This document shows, piece after piece, positions 1-11,680 of a stretch of DNA of 64,000 nt. Source of the DNA: Felis catus (Eukaryota). The DNA lies in contig NC_058368.1 of NCBI RefSeq assembly GCF_018350175.1, forward strand, positions 235,354,001 to 235,418,000, read 5' to 3'. The stretch's first letter is position 1; each line of letters starts with the position of its first letter. Made by a program: the position numbers and the translations under genes. The notes below the pieces were generated by a model. It worked only from the letters and a program-made list of their open reading frames with translations. It did no database searches and was not told the DNA's origin.

Positions 1-679
1 CTACTGATGATTTCCTGGTTTCTCTAACTTGGAACAAAAAAGAAACAAGAGAATGTCTCATTTGAAATGCCTTCTCTCTATTTACATCAACATGACCTTC
101 ATGCTGCCCTTTGTTCCTCTGACATGATAGTCTATTTCTAATAAAAAGTATATGAAACAGCTACCTGAGACACTCTAAGTCTGACGGAGAATATATTAAA
201 GAACAATCTGTCAGATACTCTGGCTTTTCCGATCTGGAAGTCATCTCCATTTACTCAAACTAAGTGACGGGCAATTTTGTGATCCAGGTCATAACAATGT
301 TTTGCCTTCTTCTAGGTGACGAATGTATTCAGAGTATGAGACACTGCTAAATGTTAAGTCCATTTAAAATTGTTTAAAATGCACAAGATAACCGCACTTA
401 ACAGTCCAATTCATACAGACTACAACTTGATTAACCGTAAACTTCATTTCAATGGCAATGCCATGGGTTCAAGTATGGAAAAGTCAAATGCCAGGCTGTA
501 ATTTAAGACCTTGATAGCAAATTGATTTGGATAAAAATGTAAATCTTCTTCTATTATGACCATCAAAGCAACATTGTATACAATGGATCAATCCCATGTG
601 ACACTTCGATTGAGTCTGTTTAAAAAATCTAGTCTTTTAAATGTCTACCCCAAAACAACGATGAAAACAGGTAGCTTAC

Positions 680-698
680 CTTCTTGCAAACTGCAGCT
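680..698 (-). CDS. ICE1: ICE1 coding exon 4 (19-nt micro-exon; (E)LQFAR(R))
   Basis: Preceded by U12 branch site TTCTTTAAC (708-716) and AC acceptor (699-700). Donor AG|GTAAGC at 679. Reading frame GAT G|AG CTG CAG TTT GCA AGA AG. Confidence 0.92.
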
Positions 699-3128
699 GT
701 GAAACTTGTTAAAGAAAACTCTTGAGAGTTTTATCTACTGACACTTGTCTGAAGATTAAACTCACTTTAAAAGTATCTGTAATAGGGGCGCCTGGGTGGC
801 GCAGTCGGTTAAGCGTCCGACTTCAGCCAGGTCACGATCTCGCGGTCCGTGAGTTCGAGCCCCGCGTCAGGCTCTGGGCTGATGGCTCGGAGCCTGGAGC
901 CTGTTTCCGATTCTGTGTCTCCCTCTCTCTCTGCCCCTCCCCCGTTCATGCTCTGTCTCTCTCTGTCCCAAAAATAAATAAACGTTGAAAAAAAAAATTA
1001 AAAAAAAAAAGTATCTGTAATAATCTCTGTTCAATATACGTACAGGCAAGATCACAATTCCTAGAAACAATTATTTCACGTGCCATTTATAACACAGCAA
1101 TAAAAATTTTTACTACGTTATTCTATTTACCATACCATGTACCTAAAGTCAAAACACCTACTTCTCTAAATTGAAACAAGGTATTCAATTAAATACAGAT
1201 TAATATGAAATTCCAAGAATAAACACAAGGTAACATTCAACCAACGAGCAACACCTCCAATCCTGTGAGTAACAAAATCCTGAAACAACTACCCTGGATT
1301 TCTCAGATGGTCCCCAGCATAATTCCAGCAAACAAGAGTTTAGGTTCTTGCACAAACCATCTACCACTACACTTAATGAGCAAGGAGAAGAGAAACACCG
1401 GGAGAACAGGAAATCTAGACGACCTTACTCTGACAGCGTCCATGGTATGATCACTTCACCCCCATCTCATGCTGCCAGGAAAGCGTGCTAAAAGAACAAA
1501 ACAATTATCCCTTTAAATTTCACCTCCTGGAAGTTTCCACGTTTACAGCACAATGTGGCAGATGTCTACAACATCACACCTCCATCCTCCTCCCAGAATA
1601 CAGACTGCTCCAGATCAAGGACTATATTCACTCTTACCAGTCTTTGCAAGAAAGCAAAGTTCAAAAATATCGAAAGGAAAAATAAAATATACTCTCTGCC
1701 CTTCAGAAAAAGGAAATAAACTTAACACAACAACCAGAATTACACAAAAAAGTAGGAAATGAAGTTACAAAATAAAGCCATTTAAACCTGCACCACGAGC
1801 ACCGTGGGCTGCGAGAGCAAGCTACTGCCCACGCGAGGTACAGAAGTCCGTACTTGGGACCAACGCCAAGCACGCAGCTAGGCCGCAGAGGATCAGAGCA
1901 CAGAACGCACATTCAAGAATTAAGCCCGAGGCTTACCAGTTTTTAATAAACTATTCTAACAATTTTGACTTTAAAATGTGACAAGTTTTTGAAAAGTAAA
2001 TCAGTTTTCCTGCTAGATTACATGTGTTAATTACCTCAAAAATTTATGCCAAAAAAGGATATAATGAAAGTATATACTCTTCTAATACTGGAATCGCCTA
2101 TTTCCCTATTCAGCTAATTAGAAGTATTTCTATTAATTGTTTCTGTTCAGCTTTCATGATCAAAGATATAAAAGATATTATTACCATCAAAGATATCATT
2201 GCTCTTACCATAATATACATTCAGTTAAACAGACTGCGAATTTCAACAAATAAAGCACAAGGGGCTTTCACTGACCTATTGTTTTTAACATAAAAATCCA
2301 GTACTAAAAATAAGTCTAAAGCTTATGCCTTCATTTTATTACTCGAATCACACAACTTAGATACGGTAGCACTGACACAAACAATCAGCGATCACACACA
2401 AGCTCAGGAAAGTCAGAAAGAGCATCGAAGCAGGCCTCAGGTTCCCGACAAAGGTGAACAGCAGAACGTGTCCCGAGACTGAAGCTGAACTTCAGCGAAT
2501 CCTCACAAACACACCTGTGCTATTTTTTACAGGGGAGATTTCCTTCGTGATGAATGTTTTCACCACAAAATGCAGAAAAATGAATCACACACACCATCTG
2601 CACCCTCGCAACAAAATACTTCGATGGTTACTGAACAAATGCTGACCGCGAGTCCACGCCTGTCTTGTCGACACAAATTACCCCGATGAGGGATAATATC
2701 TATAGTAATTCTCTACAAATCAGAAAGCTAATTAACAAAAGTCAATTTTCCAACATTCTGACTATTCCTACAGGGCAAGTCTTTCAGAAATTCCGAAACA
2801 TTCTCACATTCAGCTTCACGCTATTCCTAAACCCGCAGAACATACGTCACACCTCCTCAGGACAAATGAAAGAGACCCACGCGTTAGAAAGTTAGGAAAC
2901 CTGAAGGAAACCGAAGCCAGGGACAAAACCAGACTGTTCTAAAACGGCCACTCACAGTCTTTGTCATTCCACGCGGTCACAGGAAGAGACTCACGTCCAC
3001 GCTGTGTTCCTTCCTTAGAGGCTGTAAATGCCACCTTCCGAAAGATAGCTGAAAATCCCCACGGCTCATTAAGAAACTATAAAGATGTAAATGTTACAAT
3101 TCAAAGGAAAAAGCTGGTAAAAGGATAT
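699..3128 (-). other. ICE1: U12-type (minor spliceosome) AT-AC intron 3 of ICE1
   Basis: 5' end ATATCCTTTT, branch site TTCTTTAAC about 10 nt from the 3' end, terminal AC. Only this junction keeps the ICE1 frame between exons 3 and 4. Confidence 0.92.
785..1006 (+). mobile_element. Young felid Can-SINE (SINEC_Fc-like), full length
   Basis: GGGGCGCCTGGGTGGC head, CT-rich tract, A tail. Perfect 16-bp TSD AAAAGTATCTGTAATA (769-784, 1007-1022). Confidence 0.95.
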
Positions 3129-3163
3129 CATCACATTTCTTCTGATATTCTGTTAATAAATTA
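3129..3163 (-). CDS. ICE1: ICE1 coding exon 3 (35 nt; (D)NLLTEYQKKCD(E))
   Basis: Acceptor ttgcag|T at 3164, followed by the U12-type donor G|ATATCCTTTT at 3128. Frame continues from exon 2. Confidence 0.93.
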
Positions 3164-3811
3164 CTGCAACAAAGAAAAGAATTACGTTACCTTTTTGATC
3201 TGGAAAATACATTGTTAAAATCACATTTCAAAATACGCCAGGCACCCTTGTTCCTAGGTTTCTGGCAACAGATTTATGCTTAATATGTATGCGTGTGTGT
3301 GTGTATATATTGCAGCTGTATCATATATTGAATATATATATGTGTATATATATGTACACATCACCTTCAATTCCTTAGAGGCAGCGCTGCACTGATACAT
3401 GAACTTTTAATTTAAATCCCTTTGACTGGAGTAACATCTTAGCCTATAAATTCATGTGACTTTTAGAATATTAAAAAAAAAAAAAAAAAGACTAAATCTC
3501 ATCCCATGACTATGAAATACTTACTGCGAGGAAACCTGAGGTCCAGTCCTAAAGCTAAGAGGGCTTTAAAGACAGAAAACAGCTTGAAACAAAATGTCCA
3601 CTCTGTCTAGCACAGATCACTTCCCAAGCTGTAAGGCTGGCTGTGAAGGGCTGTGGGCCAGTAACGCAATGTGAGTTGCACCGTGGCCCACAGCACGCGG
3701 GCTCCAGTGACAGACTCAAGGTCTCTTTGGCCCAGGGGTCTAACACACCACCTGCTCCGGCTTATCTGCTGGGTTCATGAAGTTCAACCAAACACTTGAA
3801 AACATACTCAC

Positions 3812-3870
3812 TCTGTATTAATAATTTTTTGCTTCAAGGTAATTAATGCTTCAACATACTCGTTTAAATT
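3812..3870 (-). CDS. ICE1: ICE1 coding exon 2 (59 nt; NLNEYVEALITLKQKIINTD)
   Basis: Acceptor tttcag|AAT at 3871 and donor GA|GTGAGT at 3811. In frame with exon 1 and matches the recalled ICE1 coiled-coil sequence. Confidence 0.95.
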
Positions 3871-4257
3871 CTGAAAGACAAAAACAGCTACAGTCAGCTA
3901 CTTGTTTTATAAATTACACAGATTCTCTGTGTAACGTATTGTGAAACACGAACACGTTGTTCATTCACTCTGTGACATAAAAGCAGAAATGAAGACGCTA
4001 CTCACTTTGCCTATAAACACAGACCCACAGACTCCAAGTGATCTTGAACCCATGCTGTATCTCTCTGAATTTTTACGTGAATGACACTCTCTCCCCGACA
4101 GCAAGGGAGCCGTGCAGAGGCTGTGACTTGTGCTCTCAATGACAGTCTGGTGAGTAGTAAGTACCTTAGCTCACCAACTACCAGTCATCATCAGTCTACA
4201 ACTTACTCTGCATTGTTTCTGAAGGGATTGAAGACAACCGAAAAGACACAGAAGTTA

Positions 4258-4260
<3 letters not shown>

Positions 4261-4300
<40 letters not shown>
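4261..4300. repeat. (AC)20 microsatellite
   Basis: Perfect dinucleotide run. Confidence 0.97.
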
Positions 4301-4304
<4 letters not shown>

Positions 4305-5007
4305 AATTAAAATAACACAGGAAGGACAAATAGGAATATTAAAATAGGGACAAGATTCAATAAAAAAAATTCATTTTATAAGGATCTGTAGATTTTAGGG
4401 ACGAACTACAAATCCGGCTCTACATTGCTGCTATCGACAGGGAAAACATCATTAATTACACTGCTCAAAGTGTTTCTAAGATTTAAAAGCAAAATTTTTT
4501 TTTCCTTAAGTGACTTTTTCCCCCTCAGGTCTGCACATTTCATTAGCAAATATTTCAGAAATAAGTACTTATTTTCACTGATTATACCAAAACACCTTTT
4601 TCTAGATAATCCAAATGATTTTGAGAATTCAAGAAACATCTCCCTCTACAGTACCACGTGCACCTTCTTCAGTCCTACATGTAACGTGATCGTTAAAATA
4701 AAAACCGTATACACTGAAAGACATAAAGAAAAAATCTTAGCTCTCTTCTGGCCCCACCCCCCAATGAAAGATCTCGATTCCACGTCGCCCATCTCCCTCC
4801 GGAACCGCTCCCACACACGACACTGGGTGTGCTCAGGGCACCAGGGGCCACTGCGGGACACGTGGGTTCTCCTCAGCCTTCACCCGCGACCCACGAGCGT
4901 CCCTGCCCATGCCCTGTGAGACGCTGCTCCCCATCCTTAGGATCAAGTGCAGACAGGCTCCTGCAGCAGTGACAGTTACGGGCAATGCAAATCTCAGGGC
5001 CCTTATT

Positions 5008-5225
5008 ATTATTATTTTTTTTAACGTTTTATTTATTTTTGGGACAGAGAGAGACAGAGCACGAACAGGGGAGGGCAGAGAGAGAGGGAGACACAGAATC
5101 GGAAGCAGGCTCCAGGCTCCGAGCTGTCAGCCCAGAGCCCGACGTGGGGCTCGAACTCACGGACCGCGAGATCATGACCGGAGCCGAAGTTGGACGCTTA
5201 ACCCACTGAGCCCCCCAGGCGCCCC
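5008..5225 (-). mobile_element. Felid Can-SINE
   Basis: Reverse-strand SINE with TSD TCAGGGCCCTTATT (4994-5007, 5227-5240). Confidence 0.95.
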
Positions 5226-6660
5226 ATCAGGGCCCTTATTTTTTCATTTGTGTTTCTCTAGGAGCGTGACTGACAAATCTCTTCCGGCTACTCACAGTTC
5301 TTCTCCTCTTAGTTAACAGCTCCTTCCTACTGTTTGCTCACGGGGAAGTTGCCCTTTCCGAGGGGCTGCCACATCTAAGGCACGGTGACATTTCATTAAA
5401 TGTTACAGATGCATATACGGTATGTCAGGTGACCACTGAAATACACCCACGCAGGCATGTATACATCTTAAATACTCAGAGTTGAATCTGTCACTTTTTA
5501 CAAAATTTCGGCTTCCTGATGTATTTAGAAAGTCCTATCCCACCCATGACGCTAAAATTAAAGGATTCTCCTCTATGCTATCCTAGTACTTTTAGGCTTT
5601 CATATTTTGTATTTCTAGCTTTAACCGCTCCGGTGCTGTGTACAATCCAGACTCTCAAAGCTGAAGGTCAAAAGGGCAACAGGGGTCCCATTCATTTTTG
5701 TATTCAACGTATACTTGGCCTCCCACGTTGAAGAAACAATCTTTCATTAACAAATTTGGGGTGTAGCAACAGACTTCCGGGCCCAGAGGGTAAGGAATGC
5801 ATCTGCTTTTAGGCCCTCCCCCAAAACCAGCTAAAACTGAAGTCAAGGAACTTTCCGCCAAAGGCAAGACCCACAAAGATGAGAGCAGAGTAAGAGGCCA
5901 ATGGCAACCGGAAAGCAGATTCAAGAACACGGATTCAGGGGGCTCAAGAGAGCAGGGGGTGGGGGCGGGGAACGGGGACACCAGGTTCCTCTGAGACCAG
6001 AGGCCGGCAGACGGCGCTCACGTGAGAACTGGTCGCAAGCTCTCTTGCAAGCATTTCATCCTCAAATTCCTACCTCTCTGCCACCATCCAGAAAAAGGTC
6101 TGCTGTGAGGAATTCTCTGCCCGGGACACTGAACGCAGTGCCAGAAACAAAGGGACGAGCCGCTCCCAAACACAGAGGGGACGCTGACCGCCTCCGGGCC
6201 CCACGAAACTCCCAGACACTGGCAGCCAGTCCTTTTGCCCTCCGGGCAGGAGACTGACCACACTTTGTCGGAGGACGCGTAACCAGCCTGCAGATGAGAT
6301 CTAAAGGTACTGACAGGAGATGTGCTTCAAATAAACGGCCCGCCAGACCTTCTGCGTGAAGCCCGGGGTCCTGAAGCCCCACACTCAGCATTTCCCGCAG
6401 CACCTTAGCCAACAGTTTTAACAGGAAAAATTAATCAAGGATTTCCGCCCATCAGAGAGAACCCTGAACGTGAGCGAGAGAGACCAAAAGAAGACCAAGC
6501 AACTTGGAGTAAATAAAGACCGAGACGAAAACCGCAAGAACAGTAGTATGAGCGGAGGTTAAGTGATGTTACATTCACGAAACAACATTTGTAAAAGGAA
6601 GGTACAGAGTTCCTAGGAACTTTATTATAGCTCTTAAAAATTAAAAACATATACACGCAC

Positions 6661-7340
6661 GAGGATGGCTAAAAAAACCAAAGTGACAGACAACACCAAG
6701 TGCTGGTGAGGATGCAGAGACTGGAACACTCCGAGTCGGGGGTGGGGGGCAGGAAACGGTGCAGCTGCGTCGAACAGTTGGGCAAAGGCTCAAATGTCAA
6801 TCACCTCACCATCCAGCAATTCCACTCCTAGGTCCGTGCCCCAAGGAACCGAAAACACATGTCCCTGCCAACCCCGCACACTGTGGTTTACAGCATTAGT
6901 CACGCTAGACAAAGAAGTAAAAAATAAGCTAATAGAACGGATAAACAAAATGTCACACAGCCACATAACGTGATTACTTGGCAATGAAACGGATGAATGC
7001 CACCCGCTACCACAGGGGTAAACCCTGCAAACACACGCTACCCACACGAGCTCACAAAAGGCTGTATGACTCCATTCACGTGAATTGCCCATAACAGGCA
7101 GATCCAGAGACAGAAAGGAGATTGGCGCTTGCCAGGGATGGGGGCGGGGGAGACAGGGAATGACCGCTAATGCCTAAGAGGTTCCTGGCAGGGGCGAGGT
7201 GGGGGACTCGGCTGGAGAGGAACGTGTTTTACAAAGTGGTGACAGGGTTGCAAAACTGTGACCGAACTAAAAACCACTGAAGCGCACACATAAAAAGGAT
7301 GAATTTTATGGTATGTGAATTGTATCTCAATAAAACTGTC
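6661..7340 (+). mobile_element. Old L1 3' end (L1MB-like)
   Basis: Degenerate ORF2 C-terminal region and characteristic 3' tail (aaaaccactgaa...ttttatggtatgtgaattgtatctcaataaa). Confidence 0.8.
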
Positions 7341-8412
7341 AGAACTAAATTAAAAACAGGAAAGCAAAATAAAAACCTCAAAAGAGTTGAGGATAAAGTT
7401 GAAAATAAAAGTTCCCCAGATAAAACGAAACACAGACTTAAGAATAAAGTAAAATAAAAAGCAATTAAAGTTGTCAGGGCAAGATGCCACATGCCCAACA
7501 AGTAAGAGTTCTAGACACAGTAACAGGAAAGATGGACAGATGATCAAAGTCATTCTGATACTCAAGGAAAACAAATCTCAGAACCAAAGCCAGACGTTTC
7601 CAAACTGAAAGGTCCCAGCACATAAATAGAAACAGAATCCAAACCAGGAAACATCAGCACCAGGTTTCAGGGCATCGGAGACACAGCAAAGACCCTACAG
7701 GAATGCTGAGAGAAAAATGAAACCAGCCAAGTCGCATGCAGAGAATCCGGAACCAGAATGGCTTCAGCCTTCACAACAATCTGGAAACCTAGAACCCTGC
7801 AAGTTTTGAAGGAAAAGTGAATTCCAAGGTAAAATTCTGTGCAAGCTAGCCATCAGTTGGGATGGTAAGACTGACACTCTTGTTTTTTTCCTCCAACAAG
7901 ACTTTATGTAAATTCAAGTTAGCTGAAAATAGACTCTTCCCACTCAGAAGTTCTACAAAGTTCTACAAAAGTTCTACTTCGCAGACATCCTTACTGAGGG
8001 AGGTACTGCAAGTCATGACCACACGTGACCCCCCACCCCCAAACTCGTGGAGTAAACCCAGAGAAGGCGACGTGGCACAAAAGACAGAGGTGACGAGAAT
8101 CGAGAAGGCGGCTGCACCCCGGAAGGGAGCAGGCCCCAAGGCTCTGCACGGAATTTCCCCCTTAAGGAGCAAAGGACAGAGCGTCTGGCGGAATGGAAGC
8201 CCTGAGGATATTCTGACCTAACTGGCAGAGAGCTGCAAGTCAACGGGGTTGGTTCGCACCATGCGTTTAAATTATGATTTTTTAAACACGAGTGATTCTT
8301 CCTTTTTTCCCGTCCTCTTTCCAGTTCTTTGCTAGTGGATTTCATCTTCCCCACCTTGCTTCCAGATGCCGTTCTATAGTGCTAAGTACCATGCAAGAGA
8401 CATTCCAGAAAC

Positions 8413-8645
8413 CTCTAGAGTCCCACACAGCTGGATTCAAATTCCTGCCCCACCTCCTTCCAGCCCGGGAACCTTGGGCAGATTTATTTAGCCTCCCTTT
8501 GCCTCAGGACCCTTTCCAATCCTATAGATAAGGAGACAGAGCACTGGGAGGGACAGAGCTGGCCTGCTATTAGAAGTGAACAGGATGAGCCAGGAAAGGG
8601 TCAACCCGTCGTCCCTGGCATACAGCAAAGAGTCCTTAACATGTT
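8413..8645 (+). mobile_element. MIR SINE remnant
   Basis: ggattcaaattcctgcccc...ccttgggcagatttatttagcctc resembles the MIR core. Confidence 0.65.
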
Positions 8646-10009
8646 CAAGATGAGCAAGCTGAATTAAGGCTAGAATCACTCATCCAGGGAAACAAACAAA
8701 AAAACACAAGAAAGGAAAAGTAATCACGATTTACTCCAGAGTACAGCTCTGAAGACCACACAGTCAGAATAACCTCCGCTCGGAGCAGGGACGGAACCGA
8801 AATCACACACGGGCTGAGAAGGCAGGGGAGCAGAGGGGGGGCAGGGGCCTCAGGGGCAGCAGGGTCCCGGCTGCCAGGAGAGCTCGGCGTGCACCTGCCG
8901 AGGTCGGCCATCCGACAGGACGCCTGACACCGAAGAGCAAGAAGCAGCAACACAAGTCTGTCACTTGACGCTATTAAGGCTCGTTACAAAACGCACCGCG
9001 AACAATTCAAAGTGGGACGGGAGGGAGGTGGGGCTGGGGGCTGCTGGCTCTTGTCTGTCCGTGGACACATCTGGTCCATCTGGCCACCTCTCTAACCTGT
9101 GTTCGCCCACATTTGCTACAGGTAAGAAATGAAAACCACAAAACACAGCACCACACAGGGGAAAAGCAGACGAAGCAAAGACGAAACCACAGCACTCGAG
9201 GCCCTGACTTTTCCCTCTGAGCCCGCCTTCACGGCAGCTCAAATCTGGGCAGATCCTGCAGCACCCTGACAAGTCTCCTGTGCCTCTCCAATCCGGTCCG
9301 AACCGTCTCTAACCAGCACATCTCAGGGCTGAGTGTGCAGCGGGCTGTGCCTAAGTGACTTTCGCTCATTTACGAGTGCACACGGCCCTACGCCGCCCAG
9401 CCTCAGGAAGGAGGCAGGTGTGGGGAGCTCCCCTCCAGGACAGGCTGACGTGACGGGGTTCCCCGGGACCGCGGCTTCTCTCCCAGCCGTCTGGCTCTTC
9501 TGGAAGTCGCGCTGCAACGTCTGCCGGAAGGCTCGGGCTTCCTCCCGGTTGTCCCCCATCGCTAACCCCACCTTGAGTCTCCCTCCAGCCCTACGTCGCA
9601 CTTACTCGTCCACCAATACGGCTCCCAGACCAGCACGTCCTGTCACCCCTACCTACTCCCCACGTACTCCTCTTCCACAGCGCGCTGTTTCAATCTTATC
9701 CACGAAAATCCTCTGGACGGTCACTGCGCATGTCTAGCACGTCTAGCACTTGACGAAAGTAAAGGGCACCACCATTTGCTTACCTTCCCTCCCTTCTCCC
9801 AGGGACGTGGAAAGGGAGCGGTGGCCGGAGGGCACAGGGCGAGGAGGGGCGGGACAACCTGGCAGGGGGCCGGCCCGCGGGCCTGGGGCAGGCGAGAGGC
9901 CGCCACCGGGGCGGTTAGGAAACTGGCACCGCCGAAGGGGTCAGCACGACGTGTAGACAGACAGCAAGTCAGTTAGCAGAGGTGGCGACAGGAGAAGTAC
10001 GGTGCCCAG

Positions 10010-10175
10010 GCCGACCTCCACACTCACATCCGGGCTGGCAGATTCTTGTCTGCGGTGGCTGTGCCGTGCACTGTGCGACATTCGCGGCGTCTCTGGCCTT
10101 GGCTCACGAGGTGGCGGGAGCACTCCCTCGGCCCCCCCAGGGCACGTGTGGGAACAAAGGACACGGCAGGTCTGA
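10010..10175 (-). mobile_element. MER20 (hAT-Charlie) remnant
   Basis: gattcttgtctgcggtggctgtgccgtgcactg...ctggcctt resembles the recalled MER20 reverse complement. Confidence 0.6.
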
Positions 10176-11399
10176 GGCTGTCCCCAGAAAGGCCTGCTAC
10201 AAGGGTGCCCGTGGTGGTGTGTGGGGAATTGGGATTCTAGAGGGTTCCCACCCTTCGCTCGATGCTAAGAGTGGCTCCCTGTGCTGACCTGCAGTGTGGT
10301 TTCTGCCGAAACTTACTTTCCTTCTGGAATCTGTGTATCCGCCCGACCAGCCCCCAGCAGACACTCCGTGTGTGTCACTGAGCACTGCTGGGTAACGTCA
10401 CTTGAGTCCAGTCACCCTCGCTGGGCTTCCTCAGGGCCTTTCCGCCCGGCAGACTCTGCTTTGTGCCCTCCGGCCGTAAGGCCCCTGGCGAGGAGGGGAG
10501 CGCACTCATGTGCATGCTCCTGGCCAACCCCTGACCCCGGGTGTGGGCTCATGGAGCCCTGACACAGCGTGGCCCCCACAACGTCTGCAGACCCCGCCAA
10601 CGAGAACACAGGCTATGCTCCTGAAGCTTTCAGGGACACGAAATTCAGAGAGAGACTCCACAGAGGAGGCTGAAGAGACACAAGTGCTCTACAACACGTT
10701 TTCCTGACCGGGCCTCGAACCAGCGAGAGGCAGAAGCTCCTCCTTGGCCCGGAAGCAAACTGCGAGGGGCCCAGGGACTGGGCGAGCGGCCGCACCGACG
10801 CTCGCGTCAGGACTGGAGGGCAGCGGGCTCACCATGCTGAAGGGTGCTCGGATTTCTGGGCAACACAGCCCGAAGCGTGCAGGGCAGGGAAGGCGTGTGT
10901 GCACAGCAGGGACGAGGCCCACGAGCAAACCCCTGGACAATCGGCGAGTGGGGTGAAGAGAATGCCGGAGTTCCGTGTGCTATTCTGGCGACTTTCTTGT
11001 ACGTTCTAAGTTGAGTCGTTTTTTTTTTTTTCCCCCAAAAGAAATTATTTTTAAAAATCACAGTAATCCATTAACCCCTAGGCTGGGGGTGACGTGGCTC
11101 GCTGCTCGCCGTGAATCCTCTCCAGGGTGCCACACCTCCGCCTCCTCGTCCTGGCCAACTTTTTATCAACTGCAATCATTTAAAGTCCACACTGATCTCC
11201 ACCAGAGCGGAGCGTGTCTCCTGAACGGTGAGTGAGGACCCCCCTGTGGACTCCTTGGCGTCGAGTGGCCGGGAACACGGCAGGAAGGTAGGGACGCCCC
11301 CCTCCAGCGCTGCTCTGGGTACTTCCCCGCCAGACCAGCTGAGTGCCTCCGCTTCCCGGGAAGGCAGGACAAGGTGGCCCCCCCTTCGGGCCACAACAC

Positions 11400-11680
11400 T
11401 CTCCCTTCACTCTCTCTCCTTACTCAGCTAAGAATCATCCTCAGACCTCAGTTCAGATTCACTTCCTGTAGGAAGCCGCCTTCCGCTGCCCCGCCCCTCG
11501 GTGCTCTCGGGGTACCCCGTGCATCCCCCAACGTGGTACCTGTTTCCTACACTTGTTCTGTGGTTTTCTCGCCATCTGTAACCTGAACTAGAACACGAGC
11601 CTCAAGCCCCTTCTGTCCGTGACTGTGTTCCAAACTCATACCATGACGTGACACACACACACATTTGCTAAACGACCGAC
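11400..11680 (+). mobile_element. L2 3' remnant
   Basis: catcctcagacctcagttcagattcacttcctgtaggaagcc and an L2-like terminus. Confidence 0.55.

Noticed and set aside
1..679. ICE1 exon 5
   Set aside because: No sequence encoding the expected continuation (ENSNLHHQVEEMLQK-like) was found, so it lies beyond the left edge.
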